The notes below the pieces were generated by a model that searched no databases, was not told the origin of the DNA, and saw only the letters and a list, made by a program, of their open reading frames with translations. Positions 33,751 to 45,508 of a DNA stretch of 64,000 nt are shown one piece after another; position 1 is the first letter of the stretch, and each line of letters opens with the position of its first letter. This stretch comes from an uncultured Mycolicibacter sp. (GTDB lineage: Bacteria; Actinomycetota; Actinomycetes; Mycobacteriales; Mycobacteriaceae). Location of the stretch: NCBI GenBank assembly GCA_964292075.1, contig CAXYUC010000002.1, forward strand, positions 7,469-71,468. Reading direction: 5' to 3'. The translations under genes were made by a program, and so were the position numbers.

Positions 33751-34626
33751 ATGACCTTCAACGAGGGTATGCAGATCGATACCAGCACCACCTCCTCTGG
33801 CGGCGGCGGCCGTGGGATCGCGATCGGAGGCGGCGTTGCCGGGCTGGTGATCCTGGTGGTGGCGCTGCTGCTGGGAGCCGATCCCGGCGATGTGCTCAGC
33901 CAGCAGCCGGTGGACCAGGGCCAGTACACGGCGCCGGGGTTCGATCTCGACAAGTGCCGCACCGGCCAGGACGCCAATAAGTACGTGCAGTGCCGGGTGG
34001 TCGCCACGGCCAACTCGGTGGACGCGGTGTGGTCGGACTTGCTGCGCGGCTATACGCGTCCGCGCGTGCAGCTGTTCAGCGGACAGACGTCCACGGCCTG
34101 TGGGGTGGCCAGCAGCGCGGTCGGACCGTTCTACTGCCCCGCAGACCAGACCGCCTACTTCGACACCGACTTCTTCAAGGTGCTCGTCGACCGGTTCGGC
34201 TCCAGCAGCGGGCCGCTGGCACAGGAGTACGTGGTCGCCCACGAGTTCGGCCACCACGTGCAGAACCTGCTGGGCGTGCTCGGCCGGGCCCAAACCGGCG
34301 CGCAGGGTGCGACCGGGGCCGGGGTCCGCACCGAGTTGCAGGCCGACTGCTACGCCGGCGTGTGGGCGCACTACGCGTCGGTGACCAAGCAGGAGGGCAC
34401 CGGGGTGCCGTTCCTGAAGCCACTCACCGATGCCGACATCCGCGATGCATTGTCGGCGGCGTCGTCGGTGGGTGATGACCGCATCCAGGAGGCCGCGACT
34501 GGCCGGGTCAACCCGGAATCGTGGACCCACGGTGCGTCAGCGCAGCGTCAGCACTGGTTCACCGTCGGCTATCAGACCGGCGACCCCAACCAGTGCGACA
34601 CCTTCGCCGCCTCGAATCTGGGCTAG
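33751..34626 (+). CDS. Neutral zinc metallopeptidase (YpfJ/Rv2575-like)
   Basis: GPFYCPAD, VVAHEFGHHVQ (HExxH), ELQADCYAG, WTHG. Confidence 0.92.
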   Translation: MTFNEGMQIDTSTTSSGGGGRGIAIGGGVAGLVILVVALLLGADPGDVLSQQPVDQGQYTAPGFDLDKCRTGQDANKYVQCRVVATANSVDAVWSDLLRGYTRPRVQLFSGQTSTACGVASSAVGPFYCPADQTAYFDTDFFKVLVDRFGSSSGPLAQEYVVAHEFGHHVQNLLGVLGRAQTGAQGATGAGVRTELQADCYAGVWAHYASVTKQEGTGVPFLKPLTDADIRDALSAASSVGDDRIQEAATGRVNPESWTHGASAQRQHWFTVGYQTGDPNQCDTFAASNLG

Positions 34627-35495
34627 CCCGTAACCAGCGCACGCAGCTGCGCGCGTCCGGCCTCGTCGAGCGGTAACAGCGGCCGACGCGGTTCCCCGGC
34701 CGGCACCCCGAGCATCTCCAGGCCGGCCTTGACCGTGGTGGGTAGCCCGCCGGCCACGATGAACTCCAGCAGCGGCTTGAGGTCGTCATAGCACGCCTGG
34801 GCCTTGTCCAGTTCACCGGCGGTGACCGCGGTGTAGAGATCCAGGCAGGGCTGCGCACGCAGGTTGGGGGCCGCGGTGCACCAGCCGGCCGCGCCGGCGC
34901 GTAGCGCGTCGAGCACCAGCGGATTGCTGCCGTTGAAGAACGGCAGGCGCCCGTCGGACAGCGTGGCGATCCGCCGCATCCGGCTCAGATCGCCGGTGGA
35001 CTCCTTGACCATGGTCACGTGCTCGATGCGCTCGAACATGGCCACCAGCAACTCCGGGCTCATGTCGATCCCGGACGTCGCCGGATTGTTGTAGGCCACG
35101 ATGTCAATGTCGATGGCATCGGAGATGGCCCCATAGTGCGCCGTGATCTCGCGTTCAGACAGTTTCCAGTACGACACCGGCGAGACCATCACCGCATCCG
35201 CGCCGGCCTGCGCGGCATAGCGAGCGCGGCGCACCGTGGTGGCTGTGGTCAGATCCGAGACCCCGACCAGCACCGGCAGGCGCCCGGCGACCGCGGCGAT
35301 CGAGGCGTCGACGCAGGTGTCGAATTCGTCTTCGTCGAGGTAGGCGAGTTCACCGGTGCTGCCCAGCGGGGCGATGGCGTGCACGCCGGCCTCGACGAGC
35401 CGGTCAATGACGGTGGTCAGGACCGCGGTGTCGATTCCGCCGTCACGGAACGGCGTCACAGGGTAGCCGATGACGCCAGATAACTGTGCTGCCAC
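34623..35495 (-). CDS. Dihydrodipicolinate synthase-like (DapA family) lyase
   Basis: LGSTGE, AYNNP..SG, MVKES Schiff-base lysine. Confidence 0.88.
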   Translation of the reverse strand: MAAQLSGVIGYPVTPFRDGGIDTAVLTTVIDRLVEAGVHAIAPLGSTGELAYLDEDEFDTCVDASIAAVAGRLPVLVGVSDLTTATTVRRARYAAQAGADAVMVSPVSYWKLSEREITAHYGAISDAIDIDIVAYNNPATSGIDMSPELLVAMFERIEHVTMVKESTGDLSRMRRIATLSDGRLPFFNGSNPLVLDALRAGAAGWCTAAPNLRAQPCLDLYTAVTAGELDKAQACYDDLKPLLEFIVAGGLPTTVKAGLEMLGVPAGEPRRPLLPLDEAGRAQLRALVTG

Positions 35496-35525
35496 GAGGG
35501 ACTCCTTGCTGATCGGGTGATCCCG

Positions 35526-36311
35526 CTACTGATTGATCACAGTGGGGTGGCCGGCCAGCGCGCGGCGGGCGTAGTAGGCGAAGTTGGCCTGGCTGCGGTT
35601 GGGCAGCAAGGTCCAGTCGTGGGCTTCTCGGGCCAGCTTCTCCGGGAGTTCCTTGATGGTCCCGGCGGCCATCGCAGCCAGCTGCAGCGCGGCGGCACGC
35701 TCGATCAGCACCGCCAGCGAGCAGGCCTCCTCCACGCTGGCACCGGCCACGATCTGGCCGTGATGCGCTAGCAGGATCGCCTTCTTGTCGCCGAGAGCCG
35801 CGGAGATGATCTCGCCCTCCTCGTTTCCGACCGGAACCCCCGGCCACAGCGGCAGGAAGGCGCAGTCGTCGTAGAGCGGTGTGGTGTCCATGTGCGAGAC
35901 GATCAGCGGGGTCTCCAGCATGGACAGTGCGGCGACGTGAAACGGGTGGGTGTGCACGATGCACTGGACATCGGGGCGGGCCCGGTAGATCCAGCTGTGG
36001 AATCGGTTGGCGGGGTTGGCCATCCCCTCGCCCTCGATCACGTTGAGGTCTTTGTCGACCAGCAGCAGATTGGCGTCGGTGATCTCGTCGAACCCGAGAC
36101 CGAGCCGCTGGGTGTAGTAGGTGCCCGGCGCTTCGGCGCGGGCGGTGATCTGTCCGGCCAGGCCGGAGTCATGACCGCGGTCGAACAACGCCCGGCAGGT
36201 CAACGCCAATTTCTGGCGCGTGGACCACTGGCTTCCGGTGAAGTTCTCCGCCAAGCGGTGCTCCGCGCGTTGCATCAGGTCGGATTTGGAATCGTCGAAC
36301 GTGGCGCCCAT
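35526..36311 (-). CDS. Class II aldolase/adducin family protein
   Basis: NPANRFHSWIYRARPDVQCIVHTHP, ILLAHHG zinc ligands; ATG 36311. Confidence 0.88.
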   Translation of the reverse strand: MGATFDDSKSDLMQRAEHRLAENFTGSQWSTRQKLALTCRALFDRGHDSGLAGQITARAEAPGTYYTQRLGLGFDEITDANLLLVDKDLNVIEGEGMANPANRFHSWIYRARPDVQCIVHTHPFHVAALSMLETPLIVSHMDTTPLYDDCAFLPLWPGVPVGNEEGEIISAALGDKKAILLAHHGQIVAGASVEEACSLAVLIERAAALQLAAMAAGTIKELPEKLAREAHDWTLLPNRSQANFAYYARRALAGHPTVINQ

Positions 36312-36337
36312 GGCAGCTCCTCGGTGACGGGAAGTCG

Positions 36338-36374
36338 ATGACACGACCCTAGCCGATAGGACACCTTGTGTCAT
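36338..36374. promoter_or_regulatory. Candidate XRE operator half-sites in the divergent promoter
   Basis: ATGACAC (36338-36344), GACAC-CTT-GTGTC (36360-36372), GTGTCAT (36368-36374). Confidence 0.4.
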
Positions 36375-36395
36375 CCGCTATGCCATTATGGATGC

Positions 36396-36932
36396 ATGAC
36401 GGAATTGCTGCGCGCCGTCCGCAAGCAGCGAGGACTTACCCTCGAAGGCCTCGCCGAGCGGACCGGGCTGACCAAGAGCTACCTGTCCAAGATCGAACGC
36501 AGTCGCAGCACGCCGTCCATCGCGGTGGCCATCAAGGTGGCGCAGGCCCTGGACGTCGATGTGGCCCAACTGTTCTCCGAGCGCGGCACCGAGGACAAGA
36601 TCGCCGTGGACCGGGCCGCGGACCGCAGCGGGGATCGGCAGCGCTACCGAGCGATGGCCGCGAACATGCTGGGAAAGACGATGTCCCCTTTTGTGGTTCG
36701 TCCGACCGGGAGTACCAATCGCGACGGTCATCCGCCGCACCCGGTTCATCAGGGCCAGGAGTTCCTTTTCGTGCACACCGGGACCGTCGAGTTGGAGTAC
36801 GGCGATGCGACGTTGACGCTGAGCGCCGGTGACAGCGCCTACTTCGATGCCTCGATCAGCCATCGCCTCCGCCCGGTGGGCTCCCAACCTGCCGAGGTCC
36901 TCGTCGTCGCAGCCGACGGTGGCGCGCAGTGA
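36396..36932 (+). CDS. XRE family HTH + cupin transcriptional regulator
   Basis: LTLEGLAERTGLTKSYLSKIER, HQGQEFLFV, GDSAYFDASISH; likely leaderless (CATTAT 6 nt before ATG). Confidence 0.92.
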   Translation: MTELLRAVRKQRGLTLEGLAERTGLTKSYLSKIERSRSTPSIAVAIKVAQALDVDVAQLFSERGTEDKIAVDRAADRSGDRQRYRAMAANMLGKTMSPFVVRPTGSTNRDGHPPHPVHQGQEFLFVHTGTVELEYGDATLTLSAGDSAYFDASISHRLRPVGSQPAEVLVVAADGGAQ

Positions 36933-37270
36933 GCAGCGAGCTGCTGTTCTCCTACGGCACCCTGCAGCTACCGGAAGTGCAACGCAGCACGTTCGGGCGC
37001 GAACTCGACGGCCGGCCCGACGCGATCGTTGGCTATGACCTTGACTACGTGACGATCACCGATCCGCACGTGGTGGCTGTCAGTGGCAGCGACCGCCATC
37101 CGATCCTGCGTCCTTCCGACGCGCAGGACGCAGCTGTGCCTGGCACGGTGTTCGCGATCAGCACCGCCGAACTGGCGGCCGCTGACGAATACGAGGTCGA
37201 CGCCTACCGGCGGATCTCGGTGCCGCTGCGCTCGGGTGCGCGAGCCTGGGTGTACGTGTTCGCCGACTGA
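36929..37270 (+). CDS. Gamma-glutamylcyclotransferase family protein
   Basis: LFSYGTL, DEYE...YRR, AWVY; GTGA-coupled to the XRE gene. Confidence 0.85.
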   Translation: MSSELLFSYGTLQLPEVQRSTFGRELDGRPDAIVGYDLDYVTITDPHVVAVSGSDRHPILRPSDAQDAAVPGTVFAISTAELAAADEYEVDAYRRISVPLRSGARAWVYVFAD

Positions 37271-37280
37271 GCCGGATCCG

Positions 37281-37835
37281 TCACCATGGCCGGGTAGCGC
37301 AGGACACGCCGCTGCCGCCCTGTTGCGTCACCACCACTTCGCCGTCGACCGCGATGTCGCAGTGGAATTCCGGGTTGGTCCGCAACCCCCCGCTGGCGGT
37401 GACCAGCGCCCACTGACTCGGATCGGCCAGCGTGGTGGTGTAGACCACCGGCTGTCCCCCACCGATGGGCACCCGGACCGTCTCGAGGTACTCCGAGGAG
37501 TTGGCGTTGTAAGCAGCCATGCTGGGCGGGTCGGTCTTGATGTAGGAAATGTTGCCGGTCAGATCACTGGTAGCGGTGATGGTGTAGGTGACCTCGTGGC
37601 CGCCGGTCGTGGTCTTCTTCGGGGCGTCGGCCGACGGCTCGGTCGCGTTCTCCGTCGGGGTGGGCGTCGGCGACGGCGCCGCGTTCTCGGTGGGAGATGC
37701 CGCCGGATTCTCGGTGGGCGATGCCGGGCTGGTCTCCGGGTCCGCAAGCGACGTCGCATGGCTGGCCGCCATTCCGGCGGCTGCCATCAGCAACACCGTC
37801 CCGAACTTGACCGTCACGTTCCGCAAGATCGTCAT
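37281..37835 (-). CDS. Secreted hypothetical protein with S/T/P-rich linker (Rv2576c-like)
   Basis: Signal peptide, PTEN repeats, HEVTYTIT, NPEFHCDIAVDG, CATRPW. Confidence 0.75.
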   Translation of the reverse strand: MTILRNVTVKFGTVLLMAAAGMAASHATSLADPETSPASPTENPAASPTENAAPSPTPTPTENATEPSADAPKKTTTGGHEVTYTITATSDLTGNISYIKTDPPSMAAYNANSSEYLETVRVPIGGGQPVVYTTTLADPSQWALVTASGGLRTNPEFHCDIAVDGEVVVTQQGGSGVSCATRPW

Positions 37836-37910
37836 ACCGCGCCACGCTACCGGAGGGCCGGCTCCGACGAGGTCCGGTAGCTGCCCCTCACGCCACATCG
37901 GCCCCGGCTG

Positions 37911-39176
37911 TCAGCCGCCGCTCACCCGCGTGCGCACCTCGGCGACAACGTCGTCGATCGGCACGTCGACCTGTTCCCCGGTGGCCAGGTTCTTGACGCC
38001 GACGGTGCCTGCCTCCAGGTCGCGGTCCCCGGCGACCAAGGCGATGACGGCCCCGGAGCGGTCGGCGGCGCGCATCGCGCCCTTGAGGCCGCGGTCCCCG
38101 TAGGCCAGGTCCACCCGCACCCCGGCGGCCCGCAACTGCGCGCCGATCACAGCGAGCCGCAGCTTGGCCGCCTCGGACAGACCCACCCCGAACACCTCAC
38201 ACCGGGTGCTCTGCCCCACGGTCTTGCCCTCGGCGGCCAGCGCGAGCAGCGTGCGGTCGACGCCGAGGCCGAAGCCGATCCCCGAGAGGTCCTGTCCACC
38301 GAGCTGACGCATCAGCCCGTCGTAGCGGCCGCCACCGCCGGTCCCCGACTGCGCACCCAACCCGTCGTGCACGAATTCGAAGGTGGTCTTGGTGTAGTAG
38401 TCCAGGCCGCGCACCATGCGCGGATTGACCACATACGGCACCCCGAGCGCTTTCAGGTGTGCCAGCACGGTGTCGAAGTGCGTCCGGGCGGGATCGGAGA
38501 GGTGATCGAGCATGACCGGGGCGTCAGCGGTCATCTCACGCACGTGCGGGCGCTTGTCGTCGAGCACCCGCAGTGGATTGAGCTGCGCGCGCTGGCGGGT
38601 CTCCTCGTCGAGGTCAAGCCCGAACAGGAACTGCTGCAGTAACTCTCGATAGGCAGGGCGGCAGGTGTCGTCGCCCAGCGAGGTGATCTCCAGCCGGAAG
38701 CCGGCCAGGCCCAGGGAGCGGAAGCCCGCATCGGCGACCGCGATCACCTCGGCGTCCAGCGCCGGGTCGTCCACCCCGATCGCCTCGACCCCGACCTGTT
38801 GCAGCTGCCGATAGCGCCCGGCCTGTGGGCGCTCGTAACGGAAGAATGGCCCCGAATAGCAGAGCTTGGCCGGCAGCTGACCGCGGTCCAGACCGTGCTC
38901 GATCACCGCGCGCATCACGCCTGCGGTGCCCTCGGGCCGCAGGGTCACCGAGCGATCCCCGCGATCGGCAAACGTGTACATCTCCTTGGAGACCACGTCG
39001 GTGGACTCCCCCACCCCGCGCGCGAACAGGGCGGTGTCCTCGAAGATCGGCAGCTCGATGTCGCCGTAACCGGCGCGGCGAGCGACCGCCAGCAGTCCGT
39101 CGCGGACGGCGACGAAGCCGGCCGAGGCCGGCGGAATGTAGTCGGGCACCCCTTTGGGTGCGGCAAACGTGCTCAC
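37911..39176 (-). CDS. hisS: Histidine--tRNA ligase
   Basis: [32 protein letters not shown]; GTG start 39176. Confidence 0.97.
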   Translation of the reverse strand: MSTFAAPKGVPDYIPPASAGFVAVRDGLLAVARRAGYGDIELPIFEDTALFARGVGESTDVVSKEMYTFADRGDRSVTLRPEGTAGVMRAVIEHGLDRGQLPAKLCYSGPFFRYERPQAGRYRQLQQVGVEAIGVDDPALDAEVIAVADAGFRSLGLAGFRLEITSLGDDTCRPAYRELLQQFLFGLDLDEETRQRAQLNPLRVLDDKRPHVREMTADAPVMLDHLSDPARTHFDTVLAHLKALGVPYVVNPRMVRGLDYYTKTTFEFVHDGLGAQSGTGGGGRYDGLMRQLGGQDLSGIGFGLGVDRTLLALAAEGKTVGQSTRCEVFGVGLSEAAKLRLAVIGAQLRAAGVRVDLAYGDRGLKGAMRAADRSGAVIALVAGDRDLEAGTVGVKNLATGEQVDVPIDDVVAEVRTRVSGG

Positions 39177-39850
39177 GCACTGAGCCCTTCTAGGAATGGG
39201 TTGTATCGGCGCTCCGCGCCAATAGTGGTCTTGGGTCCGTGGCCGGGCAGCACCACGCATCCGTCGTCAAGACACAGCAGCTTGTCGACGATCGAGGTCA
39301 GCAGATCACGGCCGCTTCCCCCGGGCAGGTCGGTACGGCCGACCGAGTTCTGAAACAGGGTGTCCCCGCTGAACACGACTTCGGCAGCGTCACCCTCGAC
39401 CCGGAAGACGACCGATCCGCGGGTGTGGCCGGGTGTGTGGTCGACGGTGACCGTGGTGTCGCCCAAGCCGATTTTGTCGCCGTCACGATCCAGTTCGATC
39501 AGCTGCCTGGGCTCGGCGAACATCGCCTTGCTCAACACTCCGAACAACGCCTGCCCGGGGACCGTGCCCAGCGAGCGCAGCGGGTCGGTGAGCATGAAGC
39601 GGTCCTCGGGGTGAATGTAGGTGGGGCAGCCGTAGGTGTCGGAGACCTTCTGCGCCGACCAGATGTGGTCGATGTGGCCGTGCGTGAGCAGTACCGCCGA
39701 CGGCGTCAGCCGGTTCTCGTCAAGCACCCGCCGCAGCCGGGCCATCGCGCGCTGCCCGGGGTCGACGACGATGGCGTCCGAGCCCTGCCGCTGCGCCAAC
39801 ACATAGCAGTTGCACGCCAGCATCCCAGCGGGGAATCCGGTGACCAACAC
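39173..39850 (-). CDS. MBL-fold metallo-hydrolase (glyoxalase II-like, Rv2581c-like)
   Basis: [26 protein letters not shown]. Confidence 0.92.
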   Translation of the reverse strand: MLVTGFPAGMLACNCYVLAQRQGSDAIVVDPGQRAMARLRRVLDENRLTPSAVLLTHGHIDHIWSAQKVSDTYGCPTYIHPEDRFMLTDPLRSLGTVPGQALFGVLSKAMFAEPRQLIELDRDGDKIGLGDTTVTVDHTPGHTRGSVVFRVEGDAAEVVFSGDTLFQNSVGRTDLPGGSGRDLLTSIVDKLLCLDDGCVVLPGHGPKTTIGAERRYNPFLEGLSA

Positions 39851-39959
39851 GCCGACCAGTTTCCCATTACCCGCCCGGCCGGCGGTGACGCGGTCGGCGC
39901 CGGCGCACTCTGGCAGACTTGAGGCCCGACTCAATCAGCGAGCCAGGAGGTTACCGCCG

Positions 39960-40856
39960 GTGCCCACGAACTCAGAGCGGCGTGCCGCCGCCAAGCGCAA
40001 TCTGGACCAACAGGTGCAGCAGCGTGCCGAGGCAGCCCGCAAGCAGCGCCGGCTGCTGATGATCGTCGGCGCCGTGGCGGCGGTATTGCTGATCGCCGGG
40101 GTGGTGTTCGTGGTGCTGCGCGACAACGATCCGGGCAACGTCAACGCGAGCGGCTCGTCCGCCTCGAGCACGTCGGAATCGGCAGACTCCTCGGGCGCTT
40201 CCGGGGCGCCGACCGGCAGCGCCGGGCAGCTGCCGAAGTTCACCGCATCGCCTCAGCTGGGCGCCGACTGCCAGTACCCGAAGGCGCGCCCGGCCTCCAA
40301 GGCCGTCGAGCCGCCCCGGTCCGGCAAGGTCCCGACCGATCCGGCCGAGGTCAGCGTCTCGATGATGACCGATCAGGGTCCCATCGGATTGATGCTCAAC
40401 AACGCCCAATCCCCCTGCACCGTGAATAGTTTCATCAGCCTTGGGGCCAAGGACTTCTTCTCGGGCACCCAGTGCCACCGGCTGACCACATCGCCGACGC
40501 TCAGCGTGCTGCAGTGCGGGGATCCCGCCGGCGACGGCACCGGCGGACCGGGCTACGAGTTCGACAACGAATACCCCACCGACCAGTACCCCTTGGGTGA
40601 CCCCGCGGCCCAGCAGCCGGTGACCTACCCGCGCGGCACGGTGGCGATGGCCAATGCCGGGCCCGGCACCAACGGCAGCCAGTTCTTCCTGGTCTACAAG
40701 GATTCGATGCTGCCGCCGCAGTACACGGTGTTCGGCAAGATCCAGGACGACGGCCTGGCCACCCTGGACAAGATCGCCGCGGCCGGCGTGCAGGGCGGCG
40801 GCGACGACGGACCGCCGGCAACCAAGGTGACCGTCAAGTCGGTGCGGGCCGACTAG
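39960..40856 (+). CDS. ppiB: Membrane-anchored cyclophilin peptidyl-prolyl isomerase
   Basis: TM segment, LQCGDP..GTGGPGY, MANAGPGTNGSQFF. Confidence 0.92.
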   Translation: MPTNSERRAAAKRNLDQQVQQRAEAARKQRRLLMIVGAVAAVLLIAGVVFVVLRDNDPGNVNASGSSASSTSESADSSGASGAPTGSAGQLPKFTASPQLGADCQYPKARPASKAVEPPRSGKVPTDPAEVSVSMMTDQGPIGLMLNNAQSPCTVNSFISLGAKDFFSGTQCHRLTTSPTLSVLQCGDPAGDGTGGPGYEFDNEYPTDQYPLGDPAAQQPVTYPRGTVAMANAGPGTNGSQFFLVYKDSMLPPQYTVFGKIQDDGLATLDKIAAAGVQGGGDDGPPATKVTVKSVRAD

Positions 40857-40868
40857 CGGGCGGGTGCC

Positions 40869-43283
40869 CTACGCCGCCGACGTCACCCGATAGACGTCGT
40901 AGACGCCCTCGACGTTGCGGACCACGTTGAGCAGGTGGCCGAGATGCTTCGGGTCGCCCATCTCGAAGGTGAACCGGCTGATCGCCACCCGGTCTCGTGA
41001 CGTGGTGACCGAGGCCGACAAGATATTGACCTTCTCGTCGGCCAGCACCTTGGTGATGTCCGACAGCAGCCGGTGCCGATCCAGCGCCTCGACCTGAATG
41101 GCGACCAGGAACACCGAGGAGGGCGACGGGGCCCACTTGACCTCGATGATCCGCTCGTCCTGCTGGCGCAGCGCGTCGGCATTGGTGCAGTCGGTGCGGT
41201 GTACCGACACCCCGCCGCCACGGGTGACGAAACCCATGATCTCGTCTCCGGGCACCGGGGTGCAGCACTTGGCCAGTTTGGTCAGCACCCCGGTGGCGCC
41301 GGGAACCGCGACACCGACGTCGTCGGTGCGACGTTCGCGGCGCGAAATGGTCAGCGGGGTGGAGCGTTCGGCCAGATCATCCTCGGCCTGGTCCACCCCA
41401 CCGAGCTGAGCCACCAGCCGCTGCACGACGTGGTGCGCCGAGATGTGGTTCTCGCCGACCGCGGTGTAGAGCGCGGACACATCGCTGTAGTGCAGTTCGC
41501 GGGCCACCGCCGCCATCGACTCGCCATTGACCAGTCGCTGCAGCGGCAAACCCGCCCGGCGCACCTCGCGGGCCATCGCGTCCTTGCCGGACTCCAAAGC
41601 CTCCTCGCGGCGCTCCTTGGCGAACCACTGCCGGATCTTGGCCTTGGCGCGCGGCGACACCACGAACTGTTGCCAGTCCCGCGACGGCCCGGCATTCTGC
41701 GCTTTCGAGGTGAAAACCTCGACCACTTCCCCGTTTTCGAGCTTTCGCTCCAGCGCCACCAGCCGGCCGTTGACCCGGGCACCAATACACCGGTGGCCGA
41801 CCTCGGTGTGCACGGCGTAGGCGAAGTCGACGGGCGTGGAGCCGGTGGGCAGCGTGATCACGTCGCCCTTGGGGGTGAACACGAAGATCTCTTTGACCGC
41901 CAGGTCATAGCGCAGCGACTCGAGGAATTCACCCGGGTCCGCCGCCTCCCGCTGCCAGTCCAGCAGCTGGCGCATCCAGGCCATGTCATCGATCTCGGCG
42001 GCGGAGTTGAGGTGCGGAATACCGTTGCGGCCCTTGGCCTCTTTGTAGCGCCAGTGCGCGGCGATGCCGTATTCGGCGGTGCGATGCATCTCCCGGGTGC
42101 GGATCTGGATCTCCAGCGGCTTGCCCTCCGGGCCGATCACCGTGGTGTGCAGCGACTGGTAGACCCCGTAGCGCGGTTGGGCGATGTAGTCCTTGAACCG
42201 GCCGGCCATCGGCTGCCACAGCGAGTGCACGACACCGACCGCGGCGTAGCAGTCCCGGATCTCGTCGCAGAGAATCCGCAGTCCCACCAGGTCGTAGATG
42301 TCGTCGAAGTCGCGGCCACGCACGATCATCTTCTGGTAGATCGACCAGTAGTGCTTGGGCCGGCCCTCGACGGTCGCGGTGATCTTCGACTTCGCCAGGG
42401 TGTTGACGATCTCGGCGCGCACCTTGGCCAGGTAAGTGTCCCGCGACGGCGCCCGGTCGGCGACCAGCCGCACGATCTCCTCGTAGCGCTTAGGGTGCAG
42501 GATCGCGAACGACAGATCCTCGAGCTCCCACTTGACGGTGGCCATGCCGAGCCGATGTGCCAGCGGCGCAATGACTTCCAGCGTCTCGCGCGCTTTGCGG
42601 GCTTGCTTTTCGGGCGCCAGGAATCTGATGGTGCGCATGTTGTGCAACCGGTCGGCGACCTTGATCACCAGCACCCGAGGGTCACGCGCCATCGCGATGA
42701 CCATTTTGCGGATGGTCTCGGCCTCGGCGGCAGTGCCCAGCACCACCTTGTCCAGCTTGGTCACCCCGTCGACCAGGTGAGCGACCTCGTCGCCGAACTC
42801 GGCGGCCAACGCGGTCAGCGTGTACCCGGTGTCCTCGACGGTGTCGTGCAGCAACGCGGCCACCAACGTGATGCTGTCCATGCCCAACTCGGCCAGGATG
42901 GTGGCAACAGCCACCGGGTGGGTGATGTAGGGATCTCCCGAATGGCGCAGCTGCGTGGCGTGACGCTGCTCGGCGACCTCATAGGCACGTTGGAGCAGCG
43001 CCAGATTGGCTTTGGGGTAGTACTGCCGGTGCACCGCCACCAGCGGCTCCAGCACCGGGCTCAGCGCGCCGCGTTGGGCGGTGATGCGCCGGGCAATCCG
43101 GGCCCGCACCCGCCGGGAGGCGCTGCTGGGGACCTTCAACAGATCGGTGCGCTCGGCGGGCGAGTCCTGGGCAATCGCCTCCGACACCGCCACCGGCTGG
43201 CTGGCGTCAGTGCTGTACCGAGCTGCGTCGGAGCCCGGCTCGGAGCCTTGCGCCAAGCCTGGTTCAGGGCCCACTTTGCTCAC
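40869..43283 (-). CDS. relA: Bifunctional (p)ppGpp synthetase/hydrolase Rel
   Basis: LLHDTVED hydrolase, [23 protein letters not shown] (DFAYAVHT) and ACT domains. Confidence 0.98.
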   Translation of the reverse strand: MSKVGPEPGLAQGSEPGSDAARYSTDASQPVAVSEAIAQDSPAERTDLLKVPSSASRRVRARIARRITAQRGALSPVLEPLVAVHRQYYPKANLALLQRAYEVAEQRHATQLRHSGDPYITHPVAVATILAELGMDSITLVAALLHDTVEDTGYTLTALAAEFGDEVAHLVDGVTKLDKVVLGTAAEAETIRKMVIAMARDPRVLVIKVADRLHNMRTIRFLAPEKQARKARETLEVIAPLAHRLGMATVKWELEDLSFAILHPKRYEEIVRLVADRAPSRDTYLAKVRAEIVNTLAKSKITATVEGRPKHYWSIYQKMIVRGRDFDDIYDLVGLRILCDEIRDCYAAVGVVHSLWQPMAGRFKDYIAQPRYGVYQSLHTTVIGPEGKPLEIQIRTREMHRTAEYGIAAHWRYKEAKGRNGIPHLNSAAEIDDMAWMRQLLDWQREAADPGEFLESLRYDLAVKEIFVFTPKGDVITLPTGSTPVDFAYAVHTEVGHRCIGARVNGRLVALERKLENGEVVEVFTSKAQNAGPSRDWQQFVVSPRAKAKIRQWFAKERREEALESGKDAMAREVRRAGLPLQRLVNGESMAAVARELHYSDVSALYTAVGENHISAHHVVQRLVAQLGGVDQAEDDLAERSTPLTISRRERRTDDVGVAVPGATGVLTKLAKCCTPVPGDEIMGFVTRGGGVSVHRTDCTNADALRQQDERIIEVKWAPSPSSVFLVAIQVEALDRHRLLSDITKVLADEKVNILSASVTTSRDRVAISRFTFEMGDPKHLGHLLNVVRNVEGVYDVYRVTSAA

Positions 43284-43304
43284 CTCCGACCACGAGAATA
43301 TCGA

Positions 43305-43847
43305 CTAAATCAGGTGCAGGCTGTCCAGCTGCAACGGTGCCACGGCGGCGCGTCCGCCCAGCCCCGCCAACTCCAGCACCACCGCCGCCGCAACCACCTG
43401 GGCTCCTGCCCTATCCAACAATCGCCGCGTAGCGGCCAGGGTACCGCCGGTGGCCAGTACGTCGTCCAGGATGACCACCCGGCGCCCGGCCACATCGATT
43501 CCGTCTGCCGGAATCTCCAGTACGGCGGTTCCGTACTCGAGCTGATAGCGCTCCGAGAGCACCGGCGGTGGCAGCTTGCCGCCCTTGCGGACCGCTAGCG
43601 CGCCCACCCCGAGCCGGTCGGCGACCGCCCCGGCCAGCAGAAACCCCCGTGCGTCGATACCGGCCACCAGATCAGCCCCGGCAGCGGTGCGAGCCAGCGC
43701 CTCGGTGACCGCGGCCAGTCCGGCGGCGTCGGCGAAGACCGGGGTCAGGTCTTTGAACGCGATTCCCGGTGTGGGAAAGTCCGCCACCTCGCGAATCAGC
43801 GACGCGATGATCGGACCGGCGCCTGCCGCAGGCCCGGCCTGGTTCAC
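43305..43847 (-). CDS. apt: Adenine phosphoribosyltransferase
   Basis: [34 protein letters not shown]; GTG start coupled to upstream stop. Confidence 0.94.
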   Translation of the reverse strand: MNQAGPAAGAGPIIASLIREVADFPTPGIAFKDLTPVFADAAGLAAVTEALARTAAGADLVAGIDARGFLLAGAVADRLGVGALAVRKGGKLPPPVLSERYQLEYGTAVLEIPADGIDVAGRRVVILDDVLATGGTLAATRRLLDRAGAQVVAAAVVLELAGLGGRAAVAPLQLDSLHLI

Positions 43848-45502
43848 TGTTGCAGCTCCCAGCGGTCCATGTTCCAGCCCGCGCCCCACCGGGTGGGGTT
43901 GGCAGCGACACCGTAGGTCTTCTTCGATGACAGCAGGGTGCGCTGTTGGCGGTACAGCGGCAGCGTCGGCATATCGGCCCACAGCACCGGAGCGCTCTCG
44001 GCGAGCAGCCGGACCATTTCCGCGGGGTCGGCGGTAACGGCCAGCGCGGAGACGATGCCGTCGATCTGATCGTTGTGGTAACCGGACAGATTATTTCCGT
44101 TGCCACTGAACAACTCGTAGGCGTCCACCACCGACGATCCGCTCGACCCGCTGCCGGTGGATCCCCCGGTGCTGGCCAGCAGCACGTCGATCTGCCCTTC
44201 GCGCAGTGCGAGCGGGCCGATGGCTTCGGAGGCCACCTCGGTCACGGTGATGCCGGCGGGTGCACACGAGCTGGTGATCGCCCCGATCACCGCGGCCAGC
44301 CGGGTGTTGGGGCCGCGGTAGCCGATACGCACCGTCAGCGGCTTACCGCCCAACGCGTCGCGGGCCGCGTCGGGGTTTGCCCGAGCGAACTGTTCGGCCT
44401 CGGGCACGTTCTCGGCCTGGTCGAACGCGTCGTCCATGGCGGTGTTGAGCCGAGAGTTGACCACCGGCAAGCCCGCGTCGCGGGCGATGACGTCGCGCGG
44501 GGTGCACAAGGCCACCGCCCGGCGCGCAGGAGTCTCCGACAGCGGGCCGGACGGGGCGAAGATGAGCTGCTCGATACCGCCCGAGGGACTGTCGCTGCTC
44601 TGGTAGTCATCCGGGGTGATCAGCGACCCGGCGGACCCGGTCGCGACGTCGACGACCTCGATGACGCGTTTGTTGACCCGGTCGGCGATGTCGGCGGTCT
44701 GCGGCCACACCGTGATCCTCTTGGTGACCGGCTTGGCGCCCCACCACAAGTCGTTGGCCACCAGCACCACGGCGCCGCCGTCGAGCACCGAGTCGATCTT
44801 GTAGGGCCCCGACGACGGGAAGTGCCGCAGGTCAGCACCGCGGTCCAGCTGCCAGGTGGTGTTCCAGGCCTGCGCGATCTTGCCGATGACCTCATCGGCG
44901 GGCCCGAGCTTGCCCAGCACGGCATCGGTGGTGTTCACACCGAGCTTCTCGCTGATGATGTGTGACGGCATCATCGAGGTCGCGGCGAACAGTCCCTCGT
45001 AGTCGACGATGTTGCGGTCGCCGAAGAACGACACCCGGGCCTTCTTGGCACCGGGCTGGCACTCGATGTTCTCGATGTCGAGGTAGCCGGCTCGGCTTGC
45101 GGCATCGAAGCCCGGGAAGCGGCCGGACTGGGCCGCCCATGCCAACACCAAATCGTCACAGGTGATGGGTTTGTTGTCGGAGTAGACCGCCGCATCGGCG
45201 ATCTGGTAGTCCAGTACCAGCGGGGCGCGGCCCACCACGGAGATGCTGCCGAAGTCGTGGTCGGTGACGATCTGGCCGTCCGGCCCGTGGTAGCCGAAGC
45301 CGATCAGGGTCCGCGAGAAGGCCTGGGGCCCCGCCGACGCCGCACCGGCCACGGTGGTGCTGTTGTAGGTGATCAGGCCGCCGTCGACGGCGTAGTCGAT
45401 CTGGTCGACGGTAGCGCTGGTGCACGCCGGCACCGACCAGACGCCGAGGCTGGTGGCGATCGCCACCACCCACGTCGCAGCGTGCCGACAGCGGGCCGCC
45501 AT
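43844..45502 (-). CDS. ABC transporter substrate-binding lipoprotein, family 5 (Rv2585c-like)
   Basis: Lipobox-like [36 protein letters not shown]. Confidence 0.9.
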   Translation of the reverse strand: MAARCRHAATWVVAIATSLGVWSVPACTSATVDQIDYAVDGGLITYNSTTVAGAASAGPQAFSRTLIGFGYHGPDGQIVTDHDFGSISVVGRAPLVLDYQIADAAVYSDNKPITCDDLVLAWAAQSGRFPGFDAASRAGYLDIENIECQPGAKKARVSFFGDRNIVDYEGLFAATSMMPSHIISEKLGVNTTDAVLGKLGPADEVIGKIAQAWNTTWQLDRGADLRHFPSSGPYKIDSVLDGGAVVLVANDLWWGAKPVTKRITVWPQTADIADRVNKRVIEVVDVATGSAGSLITPDDYQSSDSPSGGIEQLIFAPSGPLSETPARRAVALCTPRDVIARDAGLPVVNSRLNTAMDDAFDQAENVPEAEQFARANPDAARDALGGKPLTVRIGYRGPNTRLAAVIGAITSSCAPAGITVTEVASEAIGPLALREGQIDVLLASTGGSTGSGSSGSSVVDAYELFSGNGNNLSGYHNDQIDGIVSALAVTADPAEMVRLLAESAPVLWADMPTLPLYRQQRTLLSSKKTYGVAANPTRWGAGWNMDRWELQQ

Positions 45503-45508
45503 CGCCGG

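Noticed and set aside
37640-37730. 24-bp degenerate repeats (PTEN units) in the Rv2576c-like gene
   Set aside because: Ordinary low-complexity linker
38330-38350. His[14 protein letters not shown] (Thr where Ile is recalled)
   Set aside because: Single substitution, cannot be distinguished from polymorphism or error
41073-43598. 841-aa plus-strand ORF, and similar long ORFs such as 19715-21511, 27937-29691, 45257-47065 and 47688-49478
   Set aside because: Antisense shadows of rel, alaS, aspS, secF and secD; typical of high-GC codon bias, with no recognisable domains
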